Positions 63,903-64,000 of a stretch of DNA of 64,000 nt are shown in pieces (position 1 is the stretch's first letter; every line of letters begins with the position of its first letter). The position numbers and the translations under genes were made by a program. This stretch comes from an uncultured Gemmatimonadales bacterium (GTDB lineage: Bacteria; Gemmatimonadota; Gemmatimonadetes; Longimicrobiales; RSA9). The stretch covers positions 3,954,529 to 4,018,528 of the forward strand of contig OY970192.1 of the NCBI GenBank assembly GCA_963708135.1, given 5' to 3'. Below the pieces are notes generated by a model. It ran no database searches, had not been told where the DNA came from, and was given only the letters and a program-made list of their open reading frames with translations.

Positions 63903-64000
63903 TGCCACAGAGTGCACCCCTAGACTCGCCCGTAAAGCAGGCTAACAACATTGCATCAGCGCCGGTCCACGCGTAGCTTGCCGTAGTGCTCCAACCGGCG

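Overview
This is a high-GC, gene-dense bacterial chromosomal window; spot counts over most of it give about 60-85% G+C. Gene content suggests a diderm (HlyD and MacA-type adaptors, PBP1A, lipoproteins). I cannot assign a taxon from the sequence alone. I support about 60 coding regions.

Main gene content, left to right:
- A CPBP protease / HlyD / C39-peptidase ABC exporter cluster, cut by the left edge.
- An aspartate ammonia-lyase with an N-terminal cyclic-nucleotide-binding-like domain.
- A kaiB-kaiC pair followed by a pseudo-receiver/PAS/GAF histidine kinase, with no kaiA.
- A motif-degenerate DEAD-box-like protein.
- A paaA/B/C cluster in which PaaD is split into two genes and paaE is absent.
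- A cold-shock gene flanked by unusual RNA-like structures.
- A MacA-like adaptor with two FtsX permeases.
- Several peptidases (two M1, one M28).
- A 924-aa Big_2 lipoprotein.
- Housekeeping genes (hup, greA, tdk, PBP1A).

Other observations:
- Five minus-strand genes look broken by one extra base in a short G or C run. This may be an assembly artefact.
- The last ~2 kb drops to about 50% G+C and carries an HD-GYP gene, so it is probably foreign DNA or a chimeric join.
- I found no rRNA, tRNA, CRISPR array, transposase or integrase.
- Many long ORFs in the supplied track are high-GC shadow frames and were rejected.
- All family calls come from reading motifs by eye. No searches were run.
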